Shown here piece by piece: positions 32,485 through 48,009 of a stretch of 64,000 nt of DNA. Source of the stretch: the human T2T-CHM13v2.0 reference genome, Homo sapiens. Made by a program: the position numbers and the translations under genes. The DNA is taken from assembly GCF_009914755.1 (NCBI RefSeq), contig NC_060934.1; one strand, written 5' to 3'. Within the stretch, counting starts at the first letter, position 1. The number at the start of each line of letters is the position of its first letter. The notes under the pieces were generated by a model. That model did not search any database, was not told the DNA's origin, and was given only the letters and a program-made list of their open reading frames with translations.

Positions 32485-32850
32485 TTGAATGCACTGCACT
32501 CTCTCTTGTTTCATGGTCTTTGAACATGCTGTTCCCCACCATTTCTACCACCCCTGCCCCACACCACCCCCTAACTGGCTTACCCCGTACCTTCAGATTC
32601 CCAGGTTAGCAAGCATCGTCCTGGCCTATCCCTCCCGTGGGTTGGTTGGGTCCTCCTCCCATTTTCTCCTAGCACCCAGAACGTGTTCCTTTTCATAGCA
32701 GCTCCACACAGTGTGAGAACTGTCTGCAGGGATCATATCTGGTTCGTTCTTATGCGACTCCCACCCTTCACTCCTGAATCTATCATAGTCCCTGGGACAT
32801 AGTAGCAATCAAAGGTTTATTGTGGAGTGAATTAAAATGAGTGAAGGAAA
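32485..32850 (+). mobile_element. L2 LINE 3' end
   Basis: CTTTGAACATGCTGTTCCC...CCTGGGACATAGTAG...TGAGTGAA. Confidence 0.7.
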
Positions 32851-33024
32851 CTCCACATCCACCAACCTTCTCTAGCTCGGCTGATGAAGAATATTGTAAG
32901 ACTTAGAAAGGAGACTCAGACCCAACTTTCCAATCTTCATCACCCCTGCCCACTGGTGAACTCTGTTCTCTCTCCCCTGTGACCCAGAAAAAAGCCTCAG
33001 GTTCCAAGCCCAGGTACTCCATGA

Positions 33025-33237
33025 CACTGGTTCTCAACTAGAGGTGAGGTACAACCTCCAGGGTTTCATTGCCAATGTCTAGAGACATTTCTGGGTTTTA
33101 TCCCTGGAAGGAGGAGGTACCACTGCTAATGGGTAGAGGCCAGGGTGCAGCTAACATCCTACAGTGCTCAGGATCCCTGCCACTACAAAGAAGTTTCTGG
33201 CCTCAACTGTCAATAGTGCTAAGGTTGAGGACCCCTC
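33025..33237 (+). mobile_element. MER20 (hAT-Charlie)
   Basis: CACTGGTTCTCAAC...GCCAATGTCTAGAGACATTT...GGGTAGAGGCCAGGG...GTCAATAGTGCTAAGGTTGAG; 8-bp TSD CTCCATGA/CTTTATGA. Confidence 0.88.
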
Positions 33238-33919
33238 CTTTATGAAACTCTTCCCAATGACTCTAGCCTCTCTCACCCACTCTGCCCACTACTTAACAGT
33301 CTCCATTCCCCTGAAACCTGAATGACAGGGAGATTTTTCACTAGGCATAGCCAGGATGCCCTTTTATGCAGCTGCAGTCCCTGGCTCTGACAGCATTAAC
33401 CATGCTGTAGTCAGAAAGGCGCACATACTTCTATTATGCAAAGAAACCTCAACAACCCTTCAGATACCTACTTGACATAAAATTATTTAATTTACATGTG
33501 CAAGCACACATTTTCACGCAGACTCCTCATTGTTACAAATTAAGTAGCAATATTGGAAAGCTTCGCACGAAATATTAAGAATAACATCTGATTTCAAAAG
33601 GCTCGATGCCATCATCCTCCCTGGGAGATGTAGAAGTTAGAGACAATGGCACAGGCAAGACCTCGGGCCCCGACCCTGCCTGGCCAGCAGCTCTAAGAAC
33701 TGTCGGATGAGCTCACAGCTGCATGTCATTGCAGACTTCAGAGGAGTGTTTTAAAAACCCAAGTCAGAGCAAGGCTTTCCCTGCTCAAAATCTTTCTTGG
33801 GCTTTGGACTTCACCGTGAGTATAAGCTAAAAGGCTACAGGACACCCCCATGCGGTCATCCCCACTACCCCTCTTGTTCATTGGCTCCAGACTGGGCACA
33901 GAGCTATTCTCAAACCCTC

Positions 33920-34575
<656 letters not shown>

Positions 34576-34668
34576 TCCACCATCGCATTTTGGGGTCAAC
34601 CCTGGTAATGCAAAGAGATGAGGAACTTTGCTGGTCAACTCAGCAAATAGGTATCAGAATCCAACTGG

Positions 34669-35470
<802 letters not shown>

Positions 35471-36435
35471 CTACACAGAACGTGGCAAGCTAGTAGAAAA
35501 TGGAAATGAACCCAGCAGCCAAAGATGGACGATTACCATTTGGCCCTTGCCCTCAGAGAGCGGGCAGTCTATTAAAATGTTAAACTCTATTGTTAAATCA
35601 CCTCTTGTTAAATCACAATTGTAAGAGGCATCAGGTCTGGGGCCCCCGTCCATGCTGATGCAGGGAGCTGAGGGTGCTGAAGAGAGAGCCTGATGGGACC
35701 CCAGCATCTCCCCCACAGTCTTCCTTCTTGGAAGTGGAGCAATTGTACCTAAGCAGACACTCACGTGCCATTTCCCCCGTCAGCCTCAAGCCCACGCTGG
35801 ACCCCCTTCAACAAATATGCTGGGAGCCCCTGAGCCTCAGCAGCACTTCCTCATGTATTATCCACTTGACAACTGTCCTGCAAGACACTCATCACACAGA
35901 GGCCAAGCAGGATTGCAGAACTTGTAGAAATATGTCCATTAGCATAGTGAGGCCCCTAGGAGGCCCCTCAGTAAAGAACACAGCTCACCACAGTGTTACT
36001 TTCCAAGCTGACTTGACCACAGGACATTTTTATAAAATATAGCAGGTGTTTAGCATCCTGCTTAACTGTATCCTGCCGAACTTCCTTTGGGAAACTCCGT
36101 CCAGAGTCGAGGGTTCTTTTAGGGTGCACTCCTGCCCCCCTTCTCCTGTCTGGTTGGCTCCAGTGCATCCTGACAGGAGAAACTCTGAGCGCAGAGCAAG
36201 AGGAGAGGCAGTGCAGGCTGAGTTTGCTAATGATGTTTGGATGACTCCTTCATTTTTCTAAAGGTATCAAGGCCTCCAAATGAAGTGAATAGGTGGGAAC
36301 ATGGAAATTAGTTTGGGGGCTGAAATCTAACTTTATTCCTTTATGTCATTCATTGGAATTTTTATTACAATCTTCAATTCGGTGGATGGAGACCTTCCAC
36401 GAAATGTAGAATTCCTTCACAAATGTGGGCAGGTG

Positions 36436-36820
<385 letters not shown>

Positions 36821-37580
36821 TCACAGAAGGCCCCAGGGAAGGCTGGCCATTGCCTCCACTGCTCTGTCCACCCCCTCAGGACAGAAGCATCCTAGAACAG
36901 ACAGGGAGGGGTTCTTCCTTCATTGTGACTTGCATCTGTATTGTCCTATGGGGACCATTTGCCTCCCAGAACCCACAGTTGTCCTGATGAGGAGTGAGGG
37001 AAAGACGTCGCCTGGCTGGTGAATGCTGAGTACAGAAACTTCTATTAAGCTCAGGGGTACCAGACGCTTGGGGTCAGTGCAAGAACCAAAGAGCCACCTG
37101 TCTTGCCTCGTGTGTGAAGGGCTTATTACTGTGATAATAAAACCTTACCCTGGCTTGAGATATGTTCTTCCAACTTAAGGAAGCATTACTGCATCTTTGA
37201 CATCACAATTAAAATGGATCAGTAAGGAGAAATAATGATTGATCTTTGAACTATTGTGCTGAAGTGTTAAAAGTGCTAAAATGTGCCTGGAGCAGAAACT
37301 GAATCACAGGGATCGATACAGTGAGCTATATTGGTGCAATGGCTGCTGCTGGCAATAAAAAAACAGAGTTGATGCTGAAACTGCTTCACCAGGAGCATTC
37401 ACCTTGATTTTTAAGTGAAGGTGTAACTTTCTTTGGGGCTGTCAAAACTTCTCAACTCTTCTCCGTCTGCAAGGACAATTCATTCAGCAGCTGCCTCCGC
37501 TGCCATGACAAAGGCCATGTTGCTAAATTCAAAGAGGGCTCAGTGAAACCAGGTTGAACAGACAGGAGCTGTGATTTAGA

Positions 37581-37902
<322 letters not shown>

Positions 37903-38365
37903 TCTTTTTTCTTAAACAATGAGTATAACTGGTTATTTTCATTTCTAAGAACTGGTTCCACTGTAACATGTCTCATGAATGATTAGGAAAACTTCACTGT
38001 GGTCCATGCGGGTGTAATGGAATCGAATTTACCAGGAGTGAGGCCTACAGGGAAACTTTGCAAAGGAGCACACGTCTTGATTGTCTCTGTGGGGTTCCTG
38101 CCTCCAGCCTGGAAATCATGGCTGAAATTCCAGAAGTTTGGCAGCTCCAAGGTTAAAAGGAAAAAAAAAAGAAAGAGGTGAAGCATGGGTGAAAGGGAGA
38201 TTTGCTGTTAGAATACTCACTGCTAGTTCATTTCTACCTTCTGGCAGTTAAAGGTAAAAAGGAGTAAGTTAATAGGTTAAAGCTATGCACTGTAATTTCT
38301 TTTCTCTTGTCTCCTCAGCAAAAAGAAAACCCAACTCCTAGGTACTCAGCAGAATTCTCCTCCCT

Positions 38366-38490
38366 TGTATTTTTTAGGCAGAGTCTTGCTATGCTATCCA
38401 GGTTGGTCTTGAAATTGTGGGTTCCAGCGATCCTCCCAACTCGACCTCATGTGTAGCTGGGACTATCGGCATGCGCCTCTGTGCCCGGCT
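38366..38490 (-). mobile_element. FLAM free left Alu monomer
   Basis: CAGAGTCTTGCTATGCTATCCAGGTTGGTCTTGAA...GCGATCCTCCC...GTGCCCGGCT, monomer length. Confidence 0.85.
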
Positions 38491-38956
38491 ATAAAGCAGA
38501 ACTTGTTTTCATGTTAAGATGAATAGTGCTGGTTGATTTCTCAAAATGCTGGGCCAGTTTTCTCCGAATATGAGAAAACTTGCTTGTTCTTTTAATCTCG
38601 AAAGAGCAAGTGTCTCTTAAAAAAAAGTGCATGGAATTATACCCAAACTATAAAGTAGACATTTGTCTTTATCATGAAATTAGTTCCCTCCATGTAACAC
38701 GTGAAAACACCTTCGCCTGGCAGGGAAGAGGCCTGGATTCCAGCCCTACCAGGCTGGGTCACTCCTGTGTTCTGTGGCTCAGTTTTCTTATTGGACAAAT
38801 GAGACAAGGCAGCCTCTAAAGATTTCTGGCTTTGACATTCTTGGGATCTCCAAATGTCCATTTGCTATAGTGAATTTAAAATGCCAAGGCCTATGTCTTA
38901 TTCATATATTGTCAAAGCCTTTCTCAAAGAGTCCATTAGGTGGTGGAAAGGAAAAA

Positions 38957-39020
38957 TGGGTGGGTGGATGGATGGATAGATCTATGGACGGATGGATGGA
39001 TGGATAGACGAATGGATAAA
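38957..39020. repeat. Degenerate (TGGA)n repeat
   Basis: GGATGGATGGATAGA...GGATGGATGGATGGATAGA. Confidence 0.85.
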
Positions 39021-41389
39021 AAGATGAAAAAAATAGGATGGATTTGGGTGATTGGATGTTGTGTTTGTTGCTGTTTCACAGCTTCTTTATTTGTGGAGAA
39101 TTCCAGGACTCACCATCAGCCCTCTGCTTGAGGTCTGGTGGTCACTGGGAACGTTGAATGGAGCCCAGGGGGAGGCATGCTGATCTTGCTAGAGGTCAGG
39201 CTCCCCAATGCAAGGCAAGTTCTATTGGCTCTGCCTCTCAGCAGTGAAAACAGTTCAATAAGTAATTTGGGGATGGTTTTGCAGAGTGGACAGTTCTGAA
39301 CACTTGGCAGTAAGCTGTCCTGACCTGGGCGTCTCCCCAGCCACTCACTTGCCTGCCTGTCCTGTATCCAGTCCCTGCAGCTTCTGCAGAAACCAGGCTT
39401 GCCTGCCCACCACTCACTCTCCATGTTCCTCACTGGCAGGAGTGCAACTGGTGATCCCAGCCACTACAGAGGGGCAGGGGCTGGTCTGGGACAGCTCTGC
39501 CCCTTCCAAACACACTGCTATCATGGGTGCCCACCGCTGTGTAGACACTTGCTCTACCCCGTGGCACACCCTGGCCTTTAAAGAGATCTCTGCATGGTGC
39601 TTCTGTAAGAATCGGGGCTCTTAATAGAACTCCTTGTGACACTGCCAATGCACAAATTAGGATTCCAAACACAAGCCAGTGTTCCAGACAATTACATCCT
39701 CATCAGGATTGGAAGACAGAAGCAGCCTTCAAATGTGGCATTTAGGGCTCTAACTGCTCACGAACGATGAAGGCTGATTTCAACGGCATTCATTTACCAT
39801 CACTGACCTCTTCCTGCATTAATTGTGAAGGGTAAAAACTTTTATGACGACAGCTTCTTAGATGCTAATTCCATCTTTTTGGCGAGAGAACTAGAAGCCC
39901 AGCTTATCCTAGCTAATAGGATGAAAGAGGCAGACACTCTCTAGCAAAGAGTTCTCATGAGCAATGTCTGATGGATACATTCTAATGAAGGAGAAACATC
40001 TGGCCAGAGACCATCTCTTCGGCACCCTCAGATAAGCCTCCTCCCTGATGCACAGCACATCTCAATTATCAAGAAAGGTCTGTGCAGAGACAAATGACAG
40101 GTGTTAAAAGCAAGAGCAGGAGACAGAGCTACCAGCTGCCTGACAGATGCAGACATCTGAAGGGATCTATTCTTTATGCAATGACTTGAAAGGGGGAAAG
40201 TTTTCAAAGTAGCTTTAAATTCCATATACTTAAAATTTTAGTTAAACTAACCAGGAAACCTGAAGCTCACAAGGGATGAGTAGCCATTTGTAGAAAATAG
40301 GCTTATAAATAATATGGCCATGAATGTTTTGTATTCCAGGTGGATATGACATCCCTTTCCATTACTAAATCCACATACTTGGTATTCAGTGAAGACAGGA
40401 GCCATGAGCCCGGCAAAGCACTGTCCAGGGACAGGCCAGGCAGAGCAGGATTTGCTGAATGTCAGCTGCAAGGAAAAGTGAGGGTGGTGGGAGGGTGGGG
40501 TCTCCAGACCCCAATGATCATCTGTAAACCTCACTGCTAGACAAGCCTCCCTTTTACATTCACCAACTTCTCTTTTAGCTTGCAAATATCTCTGAGTTTT
40601 ATCCTGCATTAACTATATGACATTGCTCATATTTCTTTCCTCTTAAAATATAGATAATAAAAATAGCGGCTGCCTGTGTGTGCACTGCATGCAAGGCCTG
40701 GTGCCGGCAGGACCATATTTCATCTTCTTGATGTCCCTGTGATGCAGGGACTATAACTGTCCCACTTTAATAACAACAAAATGGAGCTGGATATCTTAAA
40801 TCCCTGATGCCCTCGTACTTCACCAACACGCTGCTCTGCCTTTATGTTGAAGGCCTTCATTCAGCAAATCCTGTCTGGACCCCCACTCTGTGCTGAGTCC
40901 TGCAGATGCTGGATGAAGAGGGCCCAGCATGGCACCAGTGTAGTCACTCTGTGGTTGAGCTCATGGGGGTTGGGATAGGCAAGGGAGGAGGGAGAGGTGA
41001 CCATGCTGATGTGATGGCCCAGGCAGGGCTCTGAGAAGTGTAGAGGGGTCCTGGGCTTGGCGATGGTGGGGTCGGGAACGGGGAGAAGAGCGCAGAGTGG
41101 GGGCAGTGAAGAGGAAGTTTGAAAGGACAGAAACTTCACTCAAGCCAAGTCCGTCTGATAGACGCTCCGTGTGTCTGGTCTAAAGTCAACAATTACCATG
41201 AGTGATCACCCAGTGCTGTCTGTGGCTCTGAAGCCCCCACAAGCACCATGGTGACAAAGGCTTACAAGCAGGTACTCCAGTGGCAGGCCAGGTTTAGAGA
41301 GGTTATTTAACCTCTCCAGGTGTCAGTTACTTTACTTCTGAACTAAAAATAATAATCAGCAGCTCTTGGATCTATTAAGAGGATGAAGT

Positions 41390-42250
41390 GAAATGTGACA
41401 TCATCTTCCACCCTCCATTCCCTTACCATCCACATCCAATGCTCCAGCCAAGCCTGGGGCTCTATTTGCAACAACCTGGGAATCACCCTCCTTAACTGGG
41501 ACAGCTGCTGCAGGCCTCTGATGTGTTTCCAGCGTTCACTCCTGCCCTCCTTCATTCATACCGTCAAGGGAGATTCCGCGTGGAGCAGAGGATACTCACT
41601 CACATGTACACCCTTCCACACCTCTAGAAGGGGCCACAGCAGTTTTGTACTTGTCATTTTGTCTTCCATTTCTTAAATAGGGTTGGCCAGATTATCCAGG
41701 TGTTAGGCTTTATAACACCAGAATCTGTTCCAGCATGCACAACAGTCTTCTCACAAAGCAAAACGAAGCCTGTCACTCCCTCCTTTTGTACCTGTTAGCA
41801 GCTTCTCCTGCACCAAACAGAAAACTCGCCACTGTTACCTCAGCCCTCCTCCTTTCTAGCTCTCCAACTCGTTTTCCTACTACTCACGCCATTTCTTGGT
41901 AGGATCAAGCCACAGTGAGTTTTATCTTGGCTCCTTGAACACACCAGTCCCGTTCCTTCCTCAAAACGTTTGCAGATCCTGCTTCCTCTCCTGGAGACAG
42001 CTGCCCCTTGCCCTGCTGCTTGCATGGCAAACTCCTATTCAACCCTCTACACCTGAAGCAGAATGGCCCTTGGTTTTTGCTCTCTTATCTCTTTGTTGCA
42101 GTAATTTTGCTTGTTTGTCCACTTGATGCTTGCCTTTCCTGAAGCACTAGAACATAGATTTCAGGAGAGCAAGTTCCCTTGATCTCTTGCTCAGCATTGC
42201 ATGCTCAGTGCCCGGCACAGTTCCTGGTGCATAGGAAGTATTCAGTAAGA
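41390..42250 (+). mobile_element. L2 LINE fragments
   Basis: CCACATCCAAT..., CTCCTTGAACACACCAG..., CTCAGTGCCCGGCACAGTTCCTGGTGCATAG. Confidence 0.7.
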
Positions 42251-43030
42251 GGGGAACCACCCTTCTGATTTAGCCACCCTCTACCTCCCTGGCCTCTGAG
42301 ATTGCAGAACACCACCAGCACCAACACCCAGGGCAGGGACTTGAACAGTCAACAAATGAAATTGAGGACAGGCAGCATAAACACCAAGACCCAGCAAGCA
42401 GAGGCACAGGCAGCAGCACAGAAAGAACGAGACAGTCACGAAAGAACCACAACGTGGACCTTCCTCTGCAGCCTGAGGACTAGGTCACGGTAGGAGTGCT
42501 AAGAGCAGATGGGGCAGGCGTCAGACACTGACACAGGGGACCAGACACTGTCCTCACGTGTGTAGCCGCAGATGCCCCAGTAGAGCTGGAATACAGTGGC
42601 CTTGGAGAGCAGCCCCAGAATCCCAACACAAAGAAACTGGCGAAACTCATAATGGAAGAGATGAGGAAATTTCCAAGAATGACCTCGAAGAGACACCATG
42701 TTGCCCAGAAACCAGAAGTCTCAGAGTTCATAAGTGACGGTAAGTTTCAGGCCAGGTCTGCCTGACCTTGAGGCCTTTCCACCCCACCCTCTAATGTTGC
42801 CACACAACCAGTCCCTAGTTGTGTATTGGGTTCTAATGCTGTGTTGGGTGCTGGGGCTGCAGCAAGGAGGGTGACACAGGCAGTTGCTGGGCCTCAGGCT
42901 CCCAAGCTAGCAGGCATCCAGCACTGCCTCTCTGAGTACTTAATACACCCCAGATCATTGGCCCCCACTGCAGTCCTTGAGGGAGAAATAGGACCTCCAT
43001 CTTAGGCATGAGCAATTCAGAAACCCCATA

Positions 43031-43106
43031 AATATTCCCATTTGGTAGATAATACTGAGATCTGAACTTTTCCAGATCTCAGTATTATCTACCAAATGGG
43101 AATATT
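43031..43106. repeat. Perfect inverted repeat, 34-bp arms and 8-nt loop
   Basis: AATATTCCCATTTGGTAGATAATACTGAGATCTG-AACTTTTC-CAGATCTCAGTATTATCTACCAAATGGGAATATT. Confidence 0.98.
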
Positions 43107-43214
43107 CATTTTATACCATTCTCATGTAGTGGTTGTGAAAATAGCACAAATCCTTTTCAATGCCCAGTGAATTGCTGGGTGTGGAGTTGGTCCCAGACAC
43201 TATGCACTACTGCT

Positions 43215-43628
43215 TTGTTGTAGAAGCATGGCAATAGGGGCTCCAATTCTCTACAGCCCCTCCCCAGGGACCCTGCTCTTTTCAATGAACTTTTAGATCT
43301 TTCCATCAAGAGGTAAGGTCTGTATTTCCACCTCTAGATTCGGAGTTGTGCCATTATATTTACTTTGCTTTGAATGTGAACTTATGCATTTTCTCTTCTG
43401 TGCTTGGCCCCAGCCTTCACCTTGTGAACATTTTTAGATGAGCCTGAGTGAGCAGAGCCATCACCCCAACTGACAGCTCACTGACCCCACAAGCGGGCCC
43501 AGTGAGAGCAGAACACCAAAACTGCCGACCTGCAGCCCTGAGAGCTAAAGAAATGCTTGTTGTTCCATAAGCCACTGAGTTGGAAGATGCTTTGTTTATT
43601 GGCACTGTGGCAACAGATACCTGAATCC
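43215..43628 (+). mobile_element. MLT1 (G/H-like) MaLR LTR
   Basis: TTCCATCAAGAGGT...TATTTCC...AAATGCTTGTTGTT..TAAGCCACTGAGTT...GTGGCAACAGATA. Confidence 0.75.
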
Positions 43629-44489
43629 CATGGCCGTTCATACCCAAGCCTATGCCAGGTCCTCTGACAAAATGGCACTTCTGGATCTACATGGCACCTT
43701 CTGCCATCATACAGACATGCCCCTACCCCTGCCAATCATGTGATAAAACTGCCTGGAAGGGGGTGATGTCCAGGTTCTGCAGGCATTTTCCATCCTCCCT
43801 CCATCAACTGCCCAAAGACCTATGAGGCAGGAATTTTGCTGATGGGCAAGAAATGATGTGGAAAGGGAGGCCTAGGACATCCCAGGGCCACATGATGTCT
43901 TGGAGAATATCTCACAGTATCTGTCTGAGGTGGAGCAGCACACAGGAGCTGTGAGGTCACCAGCCCCTGCTGGCCCGCTGTGAAGTACAGGCCAGGAGAC
44001 AGGCCTGATCCACCCAATGGGATGGCCTGATGAACATGGCCAAGGCCAAGGACAAAGCTGGCCATTGCAGGGCTCCTGGCCCAGAAAGATTTGGGGAAGG
44101 AGGCTCCGTGGCAAGCTGGGAGAAGAGTGGCCCCTCCTGTAGGATGAGGCTGCAGGAATAAAGAAAAAGCCAGGCGTGGGGACGGGCTGAGCATGGAGAC
44201 CAACTGTGCATGTTACTAGCAAGCGGGGAGATGTCCGACTTCCTGGGATGGCAGGCTCAGAGTGAGCTCTCAGGTCATCCAACAGGTTGTCCTTCCCTTC
44301 TGTGAGACCCACCCCAGTGCTCACTCTATTTCCCTCTTCCCAACCTCTCTGCTTCCCCCAACACGCAGGAAACATAATGCTTCAGAAAAGAAAATAATTA
44401 CATGGACACACCTGTAAGCATCTGTATCTTTTGGCAGGTGGAGAGGTTGATATCATGTGCTGCTAATTTAAAAATTAATGATTAGAATT

Positions 44490-45258
44490 AGTCATTACTC
44501 ATTGGGGAAATTCTAATCAAAACTACAATGAGGTATCACTTCGCACCTGTCAGAATGGCTGTTATCAAAAAAGAAGAAACGATAAGTTTTGGCGAAGAAG
44601 CAGAGGAATTGGAACCTTTGCACACTGTTGGTGGGAATGTAGAATGTTGCAGCCACTATGGAAAACAATGTGGAGTTTCCTTAAAAAATTAAAAATAAAA
44701 CTACCACATGATCCAGCAATCCCACTTCTAGGTATATATCCAAAAGGCTTAAAATCAGATTCTCAAACAAATATCTGCACTCCCATGTTTACTGTAGCAC
44801 TCTTCACAGTATCCAAGAATCAACCTGAGTGTCCATCAATAGGTGAATGGATAAAGAAAATGAGGTGTATAGGCACAAAACAATACTATTCAGTTTATAA
44901 AAAGAAGGAAATCCCGTTACAACATGAATGAACCTTGAAGACATTATGCTAAGTGAACAAAGCCAGACACAAAAGGACCAATACTATATTATTCCACTGA
45001 TATGAGGTATCTAAAATAGCAGAATTCATAGAGTCAAAAAACAGTGGTTACCAGAGCTGGAAGGCAGGGAAACATGAAGACTTAATAATCAATGAGCATA
45101 AAGTTTCAGTCCAGCAATATGAGTCAGCTCTAGAGATCCACTATACAACATTGCACCTAGAGTCAACAAGTGTACAATAGCGTATTGTACACTTAAAAAA
45201 AATCTACTAAGAGGGTAAATCTCATGTTAAGTATCCTTAGAGCACAATAATAAAAAAG
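44490..45258 (+). mobile_element. L1MA (approx. MA8-10) 3' fragment
   Basis: ORF 44644-44931 is an ORF2 C-terminal remnant (QPLWKTMWSFLKKLKIKLPHDPAIPLLGIYPK); 3'UTR TAAGAGGGTAAATCTCATGTTAAGT. Confidence 0.92.
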
Positions 45259-45269
45259 ATTATGATGAG

Positions 45270-45430
45270 TGTCTTATATCTATTACGACTACTCCTCATA
45301 AAAACAATGCAAGGTAGGTACTATCATTTTTCACTTACAAATTGTAAAATTGAGTCTCAAAAATTAATTAAGTTGTTCATGGTCACAGCATGAACCGTGG
45401 AAGAGCTGGGATTTTCCAAAGCCTCCTATT
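45270..45430 (-). mobile_element. MIR SINE fragment
   Basis: AGGTAGGTACTATCATT...TTACAAAT..AAATTGAGTCTCA...GGTCACAG. Confidence 0.65.
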
Positions 45431-48009
45431 TTCACCCAGACACTGACTCTCAATCTTGTCTCCTAAGGAAAGAACAGTATCCTTTGACACAAAATTTTAA
45501 TCCGTGCTCTGGGCACCCCAAGCTAAGAATCCACATTCCCAAACTTCATCACACAGTGCGGCTTTCTGGAAGGGAAGTCCCTGACCCCCAGTGTTGCCCA
45601 TTTTCAAAGCTGTCCAAGAACAAGGCCTGGCCAACCGCCTCAGGCTGCCTGTCTCAATGTTTAATCACCCTTACAGATTGTTTCCCAAGTCTCATAAAAA
45701 GAACAAATCAAGCTTAAGCACACACAAGGCATTAGTGAACGCCACATTCAGAGATGATTTGGTAGCTGGACTCCTGCCAGCACTGGTATGAAGGTTCTAA
45801 AAGAAACTAGAAGCTGAGGGTCATTAAAGTAAAGCTATTTAATACCGGAAAAGGAAGAAAATTCTAAAGCACGGTCCTATTACAGATTATTGCTTCTTCC
45901 CATCTTCCAGTTAAAACCCAGAGCACACATCTACCACCTCTTCTCCATTCAAGGCATGGGGGGTGCGGGGAGAAGAGGGGCCAGGAACCATTCCACCCTC
46001 GAAGAGCCCAAAATATCAGCTGTGGCTTAAGGGCACCAAGATAATCACATTCGTGAGAGCCATAAAATAGAGTGGGCTCAGGATTTAGGAACTGGAGTGC
46101 AGATCAATAAAGAAGCAGGGCCCGTCTCTGGGTTAAAAAGGACCACCACAGTGATAACCTGCTCCTTCCATGGAGCTCCAGATTAACGAGATGCAATCTC
46201 AATATTCAATGAGAAAGCAATCAGTGTCACTCATATGGTCTGCACTCCCCTCCCAGACCTGCGGACAGTAGTTTTCAAATCATGTTTGACACACTATGGG
46301 ATGTCTCTAACTGCTCAGGGGAGTGGGTCCACCTGGCAGGGGTGCTCACCGTCCTCCTTCAGCCAGAGCTCCTCCACTTTAATCTGTTATATAACCTGGC
46401 CTCCCATAAGATTTTCTCTTCAGAAAGATTTCCATTTAAAAATATAAACTGCTTTAGGGAAACCTAGCCCTCTGTGATCTGTACTCACTCCAAATGGTCA
46501 AGGTAGTTTGAGAGACACAGACACTTCACAACTGAATCTCTCACAATATTATTCAGGAGCTCTCCCCTCAGCGCAGAGGTCAAGCGGTGGCATTGTCAAA
46601 TACCAGCCTAAAGGGAGAAGGTTCCGGGAGGTTTTATAATCATAAGGTCTCCTCATGTACCCAAGGTAGGCATGTGACATGAAGCCAGGGCTCTTTCAAG
46701 AACAATGACACCTTTGAACAAGAAGCCAGACCTTACCTGTCTTCTGCTCAAACACAGAAATACAATTTGCAGCAGGACACGTGACATCCTTGTACCCCCT
46801 TGGAAGCTGGAAAGAGATCATCGGCCCTAATTTTCTGTTTTTGATAACAATGACCCCTCACACGTGTTACAAGCTGTGTCTCAGCCAGGCGTGGGCCTTC
46901 CTGCCTACCGCATTTCACCAAGGGGAGTTAAGGGCAAGTTATCAGCGTACCACACACAGAGAGAAAGAGAGAGACTCACTGTTGAAAAAGAAGAGAGAGG
47001 CAAGCAGGTTAGGAGGTAATTCGTTCCAAAAAAAAGATGCTGTATGATAATGGTCTCATGGCCAACACTGACATTTTTACCAAGATATAAAATAAGCCGT
47101 GAAAAGTCATAGGTGTGTAATGAGAGGACAAATAATTGTGTTTTGTTTGGCAGTTGCTTCACTCCACCTGTCCTTGTCTCCTCCAGCTCTGCCACACTTC
47201 AGCTTCCAGATAAATATTCCTTTTCTGCTGGGAAGCTGGATATTAACATGACCATTATATTAAATAACACAATAAGCTTCAAAAATACATTTAATTCCTT
47301 GTGTCACTTTCAATTTATGTTGCATTTGTTTATATGCTTTTTTCTTTTTTAGAAATCCTTTCCTTAGATAGCCAACTGAGCAAAAGCCACTAAAAAAAAT
47401 AAAAATAACACTTTAGCTCATAACCAAGTCTATTCTCTCCATGCCTTATTAACAATATTTCACCAAAACAAGCAGCATTCTGCACAGCGGGGACCACAAG
47501 AGTTTGGGAACATGCCCTCTCTGTGCAGTGTTTTCCTGATAACATACAGCCCTTGGAAGGAGTGTGTGACTTCCAGTGATTATTTGTAAGTATTATTTTT
47601 CTCTTGGGGGGCGCTCTTGATATACAACTAACAATTAATAAGGAAGTCGAAACAAATAAACTTCTTTCTTTAAAGGAGCCGAAAGTCACACCAAAAATAA
47701 TGCATAAGCCCAACTTGGACTTCTGCAGAGGTTAGCGTTCTTGTTCTGGGGCCAGGCAACACCAGGAGGAGACAGACTGATGGAGTCAGAGGAAGAAGAG
47801 GAGGCTGATGCCAGGAGGAGGGCAGATTGATTCAGCGTGGTGAGTAGAAAGCAGACACAAGGGGACATGCACTCTGTGTCGTCTCAAAGTCCTATTGATG
47901 TCTGCCTTCTGCCTTGGAGATGGGCCTGATTCCCTGTCTCCATGCCCCACCCAGACTTCATCCTAGACTTAGCTCCTACCTCCCACCAGCCAGCCCATTC
48001 CCCCACCAG

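Noticed and set aside
43820-44375. Overlapping 127- and 167-aa minus-strand ORFs
   Set aside because: GC-rich Pro/Ser/Gly-biased frames with no domain; expected by chance
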